DNA of 57,321 nucleotides from positions 1 through 57,321 of the IMG/VR virus record IMGVR_UViG_3300037502_001747; one strand, given 5' to 3'. A model generated the notes under the pieces. That model made no database searches. It was given only the letters and a program-made list of their open reading frames with translations, and had not been told where the DNA came from. The stretch is from a virus (taxonomy: Duplodnaviria > Caudoviricetes). The translations under genes and the position numbers were made by a program. Positions within the stretch are counted from its first letter, which is position 1. Every line of letters begins with the position of its first letter. Below are positions 1-8,526 of the stretch, one piece after another.

Positions 1-127
1 GGCGTCGGTGTCGAAGGTGACCACGGTCTTCACTGCCTCGACCGGGATGCCGCGCAGCGACAGTTCCTTCTGGTAGGCAGCCATGCCCTTGAGCGCAGCC
101 GGGGTGATCTGCAGCAGGTAGATCGGA
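1..127. repeat. 127-bp terminal direct repeat (identical to 57195-57321); circular-assembly overlap
   Basis: ggcgtcggtgtcgaagg...gtagatcgga occurs at both ends, and an ORF reads in frame across the junction. 127 is a common assembler k-mer size. Confidence 0.95.
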
Positions 128-588
128 CCCGTCGGGTCGTTGGCAGCCACGACGGCCAGTCGCTTCTGGTCGGCGCAGGCTTTGACCTGCTGGCCCATCG
201 GCGTGATCTTGGAACCCCACGCATTCATCGGGCACCCTGCACAGGTGTCGTTCTGCGGGTCGCTGCTCTCCGGGTGCGGGCGCAGGCCATCCAGCGAGTA
301 GCAGTCCGGCGAGGACGGCTCACTGTCCGGGGTCCACTGCTTTGCGTAGTACGTCTTTGACAGACGGGGGTTGGCACCCACGATCACGACGGGCAGCTTG
401 GTGTCTTCGAGCACCGTCTCGGTGCCGCTCTCGACGATACGGAACCGGCTACCCTTGATGGAGATGCGCGGGAAGTCAGCGCCACCAGTGAGGCCACCCG
501 CCAGAGCGGACGACAGGGCCGAGGGTTGGCCCACCACCTTCGCGAGGTGGGCGGGGATTTGGATGTTGGTCGGTACGATGTTGCTCAT
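1..588 (-). CDS. Putative ssDNA-binding/recombination protein, N-terminal part (continues across the origin to 56796; about 328 aa total)
   Basis: ATG at 588 after GAGAGGA. Translates MSNIVPTNIQIPAHL...FPRISIKGSRF...CAGCPMNAWGS...KACADQKRLAV and is in frame with ORF 56796..57278. Acidic C-terminus (MEDMDLDD) and replication-module context. Confidence 0.65.
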   Translation of the reverse strand, partial: MSNIVPTNIQIPAHLAKVVGQPSALSSALAGGLTGGADFPRISIKGSRFRIVESGTETVLEDTKLPVVIVGANPRLSKTYYAKQWTPDSEPSSPDCYSLDGLRPHPESSDPQNDTCAGCPMNAWGSKITPMGQQVKACADQKRLAVVAANDPTGPIYLLQITPAALKGMAAYQKELSLRGIPVEAVKTVVTFDTDA

Positions 589-607
589 GGTATCCTCTCG
601 GTGAGCG

Positions 608-883
608 TTACTTGGTGATGCGCGTGGCGGCCATCTTAGCCACCAGCTGAGGGCCGAGGTCCTCGGCCGTTTGGGAGTACGTCGCCTCGATCATGTCCGG
701 ACCTTGGCTGTTGTACACCCGGCGGCAGATCAGGAACCCATTGGTGATGGGGATCACAGACAGCGAGATCAGGTTGTCGTAGGACGACAGGTGGTGCAGC
801 AGTGACATCGGGGTGACAGCGTCAGTCGCCACACCAAGCGAGCCCACGTTGTTGCGCCCCATGAGCCTGCGCAGAAGTTTCAT
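608..883 (-). CDS. Hypothetical protein
   Basis: 91-aa ORF with ATGA overlap to the upstream gene. Confidence 0.7.
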   Translation of the reverse strand: MKLLRRLMGRNNVGSLGVATDAVTPMSLLHHLSSYDNLISLSVIPITNGFLICRRVYNSQGPDMIEATYSQTAEDLGPQLVAKMAATRITK

Positions 884-1281
884 TCGTCCCCTCCCGTAGG
901 TTTGCGGATGTTGATCCCGATCTTGGTTCCGTAGGTGATACCGGGCGGTACGCTCCCGGTCTCGTCCAGCTGTGCGCGCACGGCCGTCTTGCTCACCCGC
1001 TTCTCCAGCATGTCGTACGCATCATGCGTCTTGATGTAGGAGAGCACCGCGTCCCAGTCTGCGACGTTGGCGAAGTCCGTGGTGGTGACGAAGGCCGTCC
1101 CGGACGTGGTCTTGAAGGAGGTCACTCCGTCCTGATCCGCCTTCTGCATGAGCCATGCTTCCAGCTTCGCCATCTTCGCCTTGATCTCGTCGACATCCGC
1201 CTTGACGCTGGCTTCCAGAGCCTCCTTCTTGCGGCGAAGTTTGACGTAGGTGCCTACCACCTGCTCGACTGTGAAGGTCAT
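880..1281 (-). CDS. Coiled-coil protein, Gam/Gp157-like
   Basis: Start MTFTVEQVV at 1281 (ATGA overlap, GGAGG RBS). N-terminal coiled coil, then VADWDAVLSYIK...VPPGI. Confidence 0.6.
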   Translation of the reverse strand: MTFTVEQVVGTYVKLRRKKEALEASVKADVDEIKAKMAKLEAWLMQKADQDGVTSFKTTSGTAFVTTTDFANVADWDAVLSYIKTHDAYDMLEKRVSKTAVRAQLDETGSVPPGITYGTKIGINIRKPTGGDE

Positions 1282-1505
1282 TCCATCCTCCAGACCCGCA
1301 CGCCCCAGCTGCCCTCGCTCTCCACCTTGGCGGTGACGAACCGGGCGCCAAGCCGGGCACCCGCCCGCTTGCACAGCGCCGACATCTGAGCGGTGTCCTT
1401 GTTGGCCACGAAGAAGCTGTCACCAGCGTCCATCTTGTCGAACGGATACTTCCACCGCACGTGCTTCTCGGGCAGCGGGATGCCCTTGTCGATAACAATG
1501 GTCAT
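1278..1505 (-). CDS. Small putative DNA-binding protein
   Basis: IDKGIPLP...KYPFDKMDAGDSFFV...GVRVWR, a conserved small phage-protein pattern. Confidence 0.7.
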   Translation of the reverse strand: MTIVIDKGIPLPEKHVRWKYPFDKMDAGDSFFVANKDTAQMSALCKRAGARLGARFVTAKVESEGSWGVRVWRME

Positions 1506-1506
1506 G

Positions 1507-3054
1507 TCATTCCTTTCCCATCTGGGCGATCAGGTCGAGGAGCACGCCCTGCAACTTCTGCTTATTCTGCAGACGCTGGTATATACGGTGCTCGACCTCA
1601 GTTGCTTCTATGTGCACTACGTTCGACACATGCTTCTTGCCGATACGTTCTACACGTCCGTTGGCTTGAACATACTGTTCGTTACTGGTGATAGGTCCAT
1701 ACCATACAACAGTTGACGCCGCTGTCAAGGTCAATCCATGCGCCATTGTTGCCGGGTGTGCGATAAGAACGCGCGGGTCGCGCGAGTTCTGGAAGTTGTA
1801 GAAGATGCTGTTCCGCTTGGCCGACGACACCTCGCCGTTAACCACAGCCACGCTCCAGTCCTTGGACAGTTCGCGCTCCAGCATCCGCAGGGTGCCTGTC
1901 AGGGGGACGAACAGGATGACCTTCTCGCCTGCCTCCTCGATCACCTCGCGCACTGCGTTGATGCGCGGCTTACAGTCCAGTTCGAGCGGCTCTCCGTTCT
2001 CCCCGTAGGCCACGCCCAGCGCGATCTGGATCAGCTTCTGCGCCTTGACCGCCTCGTTCACTGCCGTGATGGTGCCGCCCTCGACCTCGGTGACCAGCTG
2101 CCGCAGCATCTGCTTGAAGTGCTTGGCCTGATCCGGGGTCAAGTCCACCTTGCGCGTCTGCGTGATGGTGTCCGGCAGGTCGAGACAGTCCTCACGGGTG
2201 AACCTGATGGATGGTTGGAGCACGTGCTTCACAACGTCCACGCTCTCGGGCCGGGGCACGAACTTCCACTGGCCGATCTTCATCATGACCTGCTCACGGA
2301 ACCCGGTGAAACTCTTGGACATGTGCGGGCTATCGACCAGCTTGGCCAGTGCCCATGCGTCGGTCGGTTCGTTGGGGGTGGGTGTGCCTGTCATCAGCCA
2401 CAGTCGCATGTTGGGCTGCACCTGCAGCCAGCGATAGAACTGCTTGAAGCGCCGGGTCGATGGGTTCCTGTACACCGCCGCCTCGTCGATGATGACGAGG
2501 TCGAACTTATCCAGCGCCTCCTTGGCGATGATCGGGAAGCCGTCGTGGTTGATGATGTAGAAGTCTGCGTCGGTATCCAGCAGCTTGAGCCTGCGCTTGG
2601 CGTCACCGTAGAGGGTCACCGACTTGCGGTGGTAGAACTCCTTGAAGATAGCGTCGGCCCACACTCGCTCCAGTGTGGAGAGAGGGGACAGGATCAGCAC
2701 CTTTTTGATCACGCCCTTGTTCATCAGGAAGTCGGCTGCCCACAGGGAACTCACCGTCTTGCCAGTGCCGATCGAGTTCAGCACCAAACATCTTTTGTGC
2801 AGCGTGAGGAACTCAGCCGTGGACTTCTGGTGAGAGTAGGGGGTGAACCGGCCGGGCCAGTCGTACTGATATCCAATCGGTGATGGCGGGTTGAACCCCA
2901 GTTCCTTGAGGCGCTGCATCTCCTGCACCCGGTGCGGCATGACCACGATGCGGGGATCGGACGGAAGTTGGCGGGCCTTGGGTATACACTCCAGTACCCT
3001 ACTGGGGTCATTCAGCTTGAGGGCGACTGCCTTCGCCTCCTGCACGACGAGCAT
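1507..3054 (-). CDS. SNF2-family (SF2) helicase
   Basis: Walker A GTGKT, IIDEAA, MTGTPTPN, HGLTLTAA, QANGRVERIG. Confidence 0.92.
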   Translation of the reverse strand: MLVVQEAKAVALKLNDPSRVLECIPKARQLPSDPRIVVMPHRVQEMQRLKELGFNPPSPIGYQYDWPGRFTPYSHQKSTAEFLTLHKRCLVLNSIGTGKTVSSLWAADFLMNKGVIKKVLILSPLSTLERVWADAIFKEFYHRKSVTLYGDAKRRLKLLDTDADFYIINHDGFPIIAKEALDKFDLVIIDEAAVYRNPSTRRFKQFYRWLQVQPNMRLWLMTGTPTPNEPTDAWALAKLVDSPHMSKSFTGFREQVMMKIGQWKFVPRPESVDVVKHVLQPSIRFTREDCLDLPDTITQTRKVDLTPDQAKHFKQMLRQLVTEVEGGTITAVNEAVKAQKLIQIALGVAYGENGEPLELDCKPRINAVREVIEEAGEKVILFVPLTGTLRMLERELSKDWSVAVVNGEVSSAKRNSIFYNFQNSRDPRVLIAHPATMAHGLTLTAASTVVWYGPITSNEQYVQANGRVERIGKKHVSNVVHIEATEVEHRIYQRLQNKQKLQGVLLDLIAQMGKE

Positions 3055-3337
3055 GTATCCACTCCCTTACTTGCTCAATGGTTGTCTTGTCATAGACCAC
3101 GAAGCATTTGCCTCCGGCCTTCTCGATGTCCGCCATGCACTTGATCTGCAGGGCAGTGGGCTTCTTAGTGGCATCTGCTTTACACTCGATGCCCACGAAC
3201 AAACCTTCCACGACCGCAACTCGGTCTGGAATACCAGCCCCACCAAATGGTCCGGCCTGCGGGGGGTAAAACCACACCCGCTCGGCCTTCAACATTCTAT
3301 CGAGGGCAGCCTTCACTTTGCTCTCGGGGGTCGCCAT
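3008..3337 (-). CDS. VRR-NUC domain nuclease (putative resolvase)
   Basis: MATPESKVK...GIPD...FVGIECKA...PTALQ. The true start is 3337, inside the longer called ORF. Confidence 0.88.
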   Translation of the reverse strand: MATPESKVKAALDRMLKAERVWFYPPQAGPFGGAGIPDRVAVVEGLFVGIECKADATKKPTALQIKCMADIEKAGGKCFVVYDKTTIEQVREWIHARRAGGEGSRPQAE

Positions 3338-3339
3338 GG

Positions 3340-4011
3340 TCAAGCGGCAAATTCGCAGAAGCCCTTGCAGGGGCAGAACTTGCACAGCCCGCTCGGCTTG
3401 GCGGGCCAGTTGTCTGTCTCCACTGACTTCTCCACTCGGTGGATGCGGGTCAGCAGCCGGGTCCACATGTCGTCGAGGTGCTCCCGCTTGTACGTCTCCT
3501 TGTCGGTGGCGTTCTCCTTGGTCCACACAAACATGGATGACACACGGTCGGCCGAGGGCCAGAAGCTGAACACCGCAAGGGCGAACATCTCCAGCTGATC
3601 GAAGTCGGGGCGGCGCTTGCCTGTCTTCCAGTCGATCACGATGGCCCTGCCGTTGGGGCGGATAGCCAGCACGTCCAGCTTGAAGCGCAGCCATGCGTCC
3701 GGTGCGAACCACGACGTGGGCTTGAGGTCACTGGTCAGGGTGTACTCCTGCTCGACGAGCAGCATCCCGCCACCCTTGGCGTTTTCGATCACCGTGTCGC
3801 ACAGCGGCTTGAGTGCAGCGGTCTCCTCCGGCAGGCCAGTGGCCGGAGCCTTGAGGTATTCTTCTAGCTGCTTGTGCACCCGCTCACCGTAGACCGTGGC
3901 CGTGCCCGGCTGGTCCTGCACCTCCTTGGTGACACGCTGGTGGTAGTACCTCTTGGGGCAGTTCTCGTACATCTTGAGGGCAGTGTACGAGTGGGCCAGC
4001 TTAACAGTCAT
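3340..4011 (-). CDS. PD-(D/E)XK Cas4/RecB-like exonuclease
   Basis: SYTALKMYENCPKRY, GERVH, KLD...IDWKTGK, QL, and a C-terminal CKFCPCKGFC cysteine cluster. Confidence 0.88.
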   Translation of the reverse strand: MTVKLAHSYTALKMYENCPKRYYHQRVTKEVQDQPGTATVYGERVHKQLEEYLKAPATGLPEETAALKPLCDTVIENAKGGGMLLVEQEYTLTSDLKPTSWFAPDAWLRFKLDVLAIRPNGRAIVIDWKTGKRRPDFDQLEMFALAVFSFWPSADRVSSMFVWTKENATDKETYKREHLDDMWTRLLTRIHRVEKSVETDNWPAKPSGLCKFCPCKGFCEFAA

Positions 4012-5876
4012 CACGTCTCTCCATAGGTGTCGGCCGTGCCTGCCTCGCAGGCGACGGGCAGGTCAGGCGCCCAGTCCGGTGGTGTGGACATGATAGCCAC
4101 GATGTCCTTCTCCGCCTGCTCGGCCCGGTCTTCAGGCACTACGCAGACGTTCTCGTCATGCACTTGGAAGGCGACGTGGTAACCTGCGTCCCTGATCTTG
4201 AGCATCTGCTCAGCCACCACGATGCGGGCCAGTGCTTGGGTTATGTTCTCCACAACCATCGCCCCGTAGATGCGGCTCTGGCCGGGGACTACCCCTCTGC
4301 CCACGTCCGTCGTGTCACCTGCCAGTCGTGCCTTCATCGCCCGGTCGAACATGCGGCGGTCTTGGATGTAGGTGAACTGTCGGTCGGTGGCTTGCAGCCC
4401 GTGGTAGCGCAGCTTCATCCCGTTGGGCAGGTTGATCCCCTCAGGATCGTAGGTCAGGATGTTGCCAATGCGCCCCTTGCGCCCCGCTACCATGCCCGAC
4501 AGGGCGTAGCCACACTCTCCCCACAGCTTGACGATGTGGTGGTAGCCAGTGCGATAGGTGTGGACCAGACGATCCACGTCCTCTTCCGGCAGGTCGACAG
4601 GCGGCTTGCCCCGCTTGAGTGTCAGCCCGAACTTGTCCGCGCTCATCCCGTAGCCCAGCCCGAGGATCGCAGCCTTACCCACGTGGCGTTCCAACTTGTC
4701 TGCCTTGCTGACCGGGCGACCGTAGAACTTGGTGGCGAACTCCGAGTACACATCCCGTCCTTCACGGAACTGCTGCACAAGATCAGCCTGCCCTGCGAGG
4801 TAGGCCACCATGCGGGCTTCGATCTGGCTGCTGTCGCAGCTGATGATCTTGTGTCCTTCCGGTGCCCGCAGTGCGTTGCGCAGTGCCCCACCACGGGGGA
4901 GGTTCTGTAGGTTCAGCTTCTCCCCACCAGAGAAGCGGCCGGTGTGTGCACCGTAATAGTTCAACATGATAGGCAGCCGGCCCCGGCGGCTCACGTCGAT
5001 CAGCCTCTTGGTGCGCGTCTCCTCCAGTGTGGACTTGAGTCCAAGCCGTGCGGTTACCAGCGTCTGGACCACGGGGTCAGGGTGGTCCTGCAACGCGATG
5101 AAGTCGAGGTCTGTCTTGGCGAAGGCGAACGTCTCCTTGCCAGTGGTGGCACTGGTCTTGGTCGGCGGCTCGACGCCACGCCTGCGCAGCAGCTTGGCGA
5201 ACTTGTCGTTGGACATGATGATGTCCTTGCCCTTGCCGCCCAGACTGTGCAGCAGCGCCAGCTTCCCTTCGAGGACCGTGTTCAGATGGCTACCCAGTAG
5301 GTCCTCATCCAGTTCCACCATCGGCTCGGTGTACATCCTGATGGTCGTGTCGATCACACGCAACTCGCTGACCGGGAACCCCTTCTTCAGTTTGCGGAAC
5401 AGTTCGTAGGTCAACTCGATGTCGTTGGCACAGTACTTCATGTAGGCTGCAAGTTCTGCGGAAGAGAAGTCCTTGCGCCGTTTGCCCAGAGCATGGGTGA
5501 CTTCCTCACCCTTGACACCCAACTCGTAGTGCTGGGCCAGCGCCTTGAGGCTACCGCCCACCGTGGCTTGGTGGAGGGGCCGCGCCATAGACAGAGTGTC
5601 CAGCCACAGCTTGGGCTTGACGCCGTAGTTCCATGAGAGGATGGCCCCGTCGAACATGGTGTTGTGGCAGAGGATCGCCTTGTCGCTGTAGTCCAGCGAC
5701 TTGAGGAACTTGCCTGCATCCGAACCGCTGTAGGTATCGACGGGTCCGTCGTTCACCTTAACGCCAACACCGATCACCTCGAACTGTGGGTCACGGATGT
5801 ATGCCTCGGTGGTGATCTTCGACAGGGAATAATCCTTGTCGTAGTATGTCTCGAAGTCGATCGTTACTATGTCCAT
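4011..5876 (-). CDS. polA: Family A DNA polymerase with 3'-5' exonuclease domain
   Basis: Exo I TIDFETY, HTGRFSG, NLQNLP, motif A DSSQIEAR, motif B RHVGKAAILGLGYG, motif C QVHDE. Confidence 0.95.
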   Translation of the reverse strand: MDIVTIDFETYYDKDYSLSKITTEAYIRDPQFEVIGVGVKVNDGPVDTYSGSDAGKFLKSLDYSDKAILCHNTMFDGAILSWNYGVKPKLWLDTLSMARPLHQATVGGSLKALAQHYELGVKGEEVTHALGKRRKDFSSAELAAYMKYCANDIELTYELFRKLKKGFPVSELRVIDTTIRMYTEPMVELDEDLLGSHLNTVLEGKLALLHSLGGKGKDIIMSNDKFAKLLRRRGVEPPTKTSATTGKETFAFAKTDLDFIALQDHPDPVVQTLVTARLGLKSTLEETRTKRLIDVSRRGRLPIMLNYYGAHTGRFSGGEKLNLQNLPRGGALRNALRAPEGHKIISCDSSQIEARMVAYLAGQADLVQQFREGRDVYSEFATKFYGRPVSKADKLERHVGKAAILGLGYGMSADKFGLTLKRGKPPVDLPEEDVDRLVHTYRTGYHHIVKLWGECGYALSGMVAGRKGRIGNILTYDPEGINLPNGMKLRYHGLQATDRQFTYIQDRRMFDRAMKARLAGDTTDVGRGVVPGQSRIYGAMVVENITQALARIVVAEQMLKIRDAGYHVAFQVHDENVCVVPEDRAEQAEKDIVAIMSTPPDWAPDLPVACEAGTADTYGET

Positions 5877-5878
5877 TG

Positions 5879-6241
5879 CTACTCCCCTACCTTGTGCCTG
5901 TCGTCACTGCCGATCTTACGGCGCTCGTATGTCAGGAGGAAAGCGATACAACATGCAGCATGTGCAAGGTGTGAATACCCTGTCTCAGGATCATTGTCCT
6001 GCCCGCCCCACCATGCCCACATGTGGCGCATAAGTGCACCGAATGGACGGTGCCACGCCATACCCTTCTCCCAGTTACGAGCACTATACTTTACAGCGCC
6101 GTAAGTCAACACTCGCGCTGTCTCTTCGAGCAGTTCCGGCGGCAGCAGATCGTAACGGAGTTTGTCTCCGTCGAACTTGACGCCCTCTGATTGCATCAGG
6201 ATGCGCTCGTCGTTCCATTCGTCTAGTGCGGATTTGGTCAT
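5879..6241 (-). CDS. dATP/dGTP diphosphohydrolase-like (DUF5664) protein
   Basis: GVKFDGDKLRYDLLP...YGAVKYSARNWEKG...RH...DPETGYSHLAHAACC signature. Confidence 0.85.
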   Translation of the reverse strand: MTKSALDEWNDERILMQSEGVKFDGDKLRYDLLPPELLEETARVLTYGAVKYSARNWEKGMAWHRPFGALMRHMWAWWGGQDNDPETGYSHLAHAACCIAFLLTYERRKIGSDDRHKVGE

Positions 6242-6261
6242 GTCGATCCTCCATGGTGGGG

Positions 6262-6367
6262 ATCGTGAGGGGCGCTAGGTTTCTATTGAAATGCCGTGGC
6301 GCAGTCAGATCAGTTTCGACCAGACACCGAATCCGCTATGAGCAGTTCGTTGCGCGCCCCTCACGAT
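6262..6367 (-). ncRNA. Candidate structured RNA closed by a perfect 14-bp stem
   Basis: atcgtgaggggcgc (6262-6275) and gcgcccctcacgat (6354-6367) enclose two internal hairpins. Intergenic, just upstream of the DUF5664 RBS. Confidence 0.5.
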
Positions 6368-6405
6368 GGGTTTAGCCCGTGGCCTTGGTAGCCGCAAGCA
6401 GTTTG

Positions 6406-6627
6406 TCAGTCAGTCTTTCGATCTCGTCGATAAGGGCCCAAGTGCCGGGGTCCACGCCGTCGGTCTGTAGTTTCGTTCGCAATCTCCTGCGCAAGTTTAA
6501 TAGACTGATCAGGTCTTGGTTCATCGGCTGTCTCCCATGGTTCGCAGGGTAGGCTCACCTTTGTGGTGCGGGCCACCTCGCCGGTGGTGTGCATGTAGAG
6601 TGGGTGCTCGACGGTGCGCTTCTTCAT
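6406..6627 (-). CDS. Hypothetical protein
   Basis: 73-aa ORF with GAGGA RBS and ATGA overlap. Confidence 0.6.
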   Translation of the reverse strand: MKKRTVEHPLYMHTTGEVARTTKVSLPCEPWETADEPRPDQSIKLAQEIANETTDRRRGPRHLGPYRRDRKTD

Positions 6628-6827
6628 CTCGTCCTCTTCGCCGAGTCGATCAGTGCGGACAGGATGAACTGTCCATGTGCCTTGGCGGCTGGGTGCTGGA
6701 TACCCTTGGCTCGGCGGTTGTTGTGGGCAATCGTGCTCACCAGCCGTCGGACCTCGGCCTTGCTCTCCTGCTTCGTGATGCTCTTGCGGATCAGGTGTTC
6801 GCCTTTCCAGCCTTCATCTTCTGCCAT
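6624..6827 (-). CDS. Hypothetical basic protein (start uncertain)
   Basis: Fills the gap between neighbours; its stop overlaps the next start. Confidence 0.45.
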   Translation of the reverse strand: MAEDEGWKGEHLIRKSITKQESKAEVRRLVSTIAHNNRRAKGIQHPAAKAHGQFILSALIDSAKRTR

Positions 6828-7027
6828 GCCAGTTCGATCTCTTGTTCTTTGGTTAGGGTGGTGCGGCTTGCAGCCCTGATCCTGTTTACCTCGGACTCGT
6901 TCTGCTTCGCCATGTACATCAGCAAGTCCAGTTGCTCGTCGGTTAGCCAGACGCGAGGGGCGGGCTTGTAACCCGCCGCCCGCAGAGCTTGAGCCCCCGG
7001 AGACTTGAGCTCGCTACCGTTGCTCAT
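6791..7027 (-). CDS. Hypothetical protein
   Basis: 78-aa ORF in a tightly packed operon. Confidence 0.65.
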   Translation of the reverse strand: MSNGSELKSPGAQALRAAGYKPAPRVWLTDEQLDLLMYMAKQNESEVNRIRAASRTTLTKEQEIELAWQKMKAGKANT

Positions 7028-7178
7028 GGTCTTTGAAGAGTTCCAATTTGACCCCGCGTGACCGCCACGCGCCCTTGCGGGCGATGGCTTCGGCGTCCTG
7101 CATGTATTGCTCCCGGCCCCGCGTCCAATCGGCGTCCTGCGGGTGAAAGCCCGTGTCCTTCTTTCGCCGCATCGTCAT
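7014..7178 (-). CDS. Hypothetical 54-aa protein (not in ORF track)
   Basis: MTMRRKKDTGFHPQDADW...KDHEQR; ATGA overlap with the Lar-like gene and GGAGG RBS. Confidence 0.55.
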   Translation of the reverse strand: MTMRRKKDTGFHPQDADWTRGREQYMQDAEAIARKGAWRSRGVKLELFKDHEQR

Positions 7179-7519
7179 CCCCGGCCCTCCCTGATGGCGG
7201 CGAGGCTGTCACGGCAGCTTTCGCACAAGTCCTCTTCCTCGTAGCCCACCTCGTCCATGACGATACGCACGGCCTTATCAACGGCCTGACGGATCAACGC
7301 CCGCACCTCCGGCAACTCGGCCAGCACGGCGGGGGACAGGGGCGCGCGGGTGTTCCATGCGCGAGTGGCGGCGTCTAGCGTGTCCACCACGGCGGCTTCG
7401 GCGGGGCATTGGTCAGACGGGCAACCAATAATCCAAACGCCTTCGTGATACGCACCATAGTCCTTGGTGTATGCCTCGCCCCCGCAAAACGGACACGGCA
7501 AAAGTTCCGGCGTCGTCAT
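7175..7519 (-). CDS. Lar-like restriction-alleviation zinc-finger protein
   Basis: LLPCPFCGGEA...IIGC...C...AWNTR signature. Confidence 0.75.
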   Translation of the reverse strand: MTTPELLPCPFCGGEAYTKDYGAYHEGVWIIGCPSDQCPAEAAVVDTLDAATRAWNTRAPLSPAVLAELPEVRALIRQAVDKAVRIVMDEVGYEEEDLCESCRDSLAAIREGRG

Positions 7520-7818
7520 GGCTTCTCTCCGATCTCCGCAACCATCGGCGCAAATGGGCGCTCACGATTTTCGGAGTTGCTGCTGGCGTAACCAGCGCCA
7601 ATAGCCAACGCCTGAGCGAGTGCAAAGGCGACGGGTAGGGCGTATTCGTCGGGGACTTCACAACCGAAGCGGCCATCTAGCACGAAGACCACTCGCCTAT
7701 CTCCACGGCGCGCAAAAAGCCCCGGAATGGCACGACCATCTACAATAACTTGTCGCTCCGATTGCGGCGGCAAAAGCATCTTCTCTATAGCGGAATCAAG
7801 CAAGTTTGGCGTCGTCAT
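7516..7818 (-). CDS. Hypothetical protein flanked by 23-bp direct repeats
   Basis: 100-aa ORF with ATGA overlaps at both ends. Confidence 0.7.
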   Translation of the reverse strand: MTTPNLLDSAIEKMLLPPQSERQVIVDGRAIPGLFARRGDRRVVFVLDGRFGCEVPDEYALPVAFALAQALAIGAGYASSNSENRERPFAPMVAEIGEKP

Positions 7819-8399
7819 GGCTTCTCTCCGTCTTTCGGGATCAGGGCGAGGGCGGCGCGGGCCACCTTGACGGTGTGCTGTTTCTCAGGGTCGCCCAGCT
7901 TATTGCGCGTCATGTAGTCAACCTTTTCCTCAACCATCGCTTCCAGCGCCTTCACCAGCGCCTCCACGGGGGCGGGGGGTAATTTGGAGCGGATAAACTC
8001 GTCCTGCTTCTCACGGATCATGGAGGCAGTGACGGCCTCCACCCCGCCCGATGCGGGGGCGAGGGCGGCGAGGATGCGGGCCTCGTAGTCGGCTTGGGCT
8101 GCGGCCTTGGCGGCGTCGAGGGTGTGGAAACGGGCTTGCGTCGGGGGGTTGGTAGTCGGATCACCTTCATAGACCCAAGTGCCGTTTTTCTGGTCCCAGA
8201 CGTTTCGATACAAACCGTCTGCGCCACAAGCCTCATGAAGGCCGTTAAGGTCTTCGCGCGCTGTCCACACCAGCGGCTTCACCCTCACCCCCTGCGCGGG
8301 CAGGGCGGCGATGGCGTTCAGCGCCTTCTCCACGCCTTCTGCGGTCGAGTATGCGGCTACGATCTGGCGCGCGGCCTTGCGGTCAATCAGGTCAGCCAT
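7815..8399 (-). CDS. Hypothetical modular early protein
   Basis: Start MADLIDRKAA after GGAGG; contains VRVKPLVW and AKAAAQADYEARILAAL modules typical of alphaproteobacterial phage early genes. Confidence 0.7.
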   Translation of the reverse strand: MADLIDRKAARQIVAAYSTAEGVEKALNAIAALPAQGVRVKPLVWTAREDLNGLHEACGADGLYRNVWDQKNGTWVYEGDPTTNPPTQARFHTLDAAKAAAQADYEARILAALAPASGGVEAVTASMIREKQDEFIRSKLPPAPVEALVKALEAMVEEKVDYMTRNKLGDPEKQHTVKVARAALALIPKDGEKP

Positions 8400-8526
8400 T
8401 GGTCTGGTCCTCCAGAAGTTTGAGGAGTTCTTTTTCGTAGTGCGGGACACGGTAGCCGTGAAAAGCTGCAAGCATGATTTCGCCCTCAAGCTCTTCAATC
8501 CGTTTCTGTTTTTCTGCTTCATCCAT
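8392..8526 (-). CDS. Hypothetical 44-aa protein
   Basis: MDEAEKQKRIEELE...QTNG after GGAGA RBS. Confidence 0.55.
   Translation of the reverse strand: MDEAEKQKRIEELEGEIMLAAFHGYRVPHYEKELLKLLEDQTNG

Noticed and set aside
3340-4011. Cas4-like gene as part of a CRISPR system
   Set aside because: There is no repeat-spacer array or other cas gene; it sits in a standard replication module.
4011-6241. 2-aminoadenine (Z) or other modified-base system suggested by PolA plus a dATP/dGTP hydrolase-like gene
   Set aside because: No PurZ or other base-modification enzyme was recognised, and DUF5664 is common in ordinary phages.
6262-6367. tRNA or a second hammerhead
   Set aside because: No cloverleaf or T-loop consensus. 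GAAAC is present but CUGAUCUGA does not form the hammerhead core.
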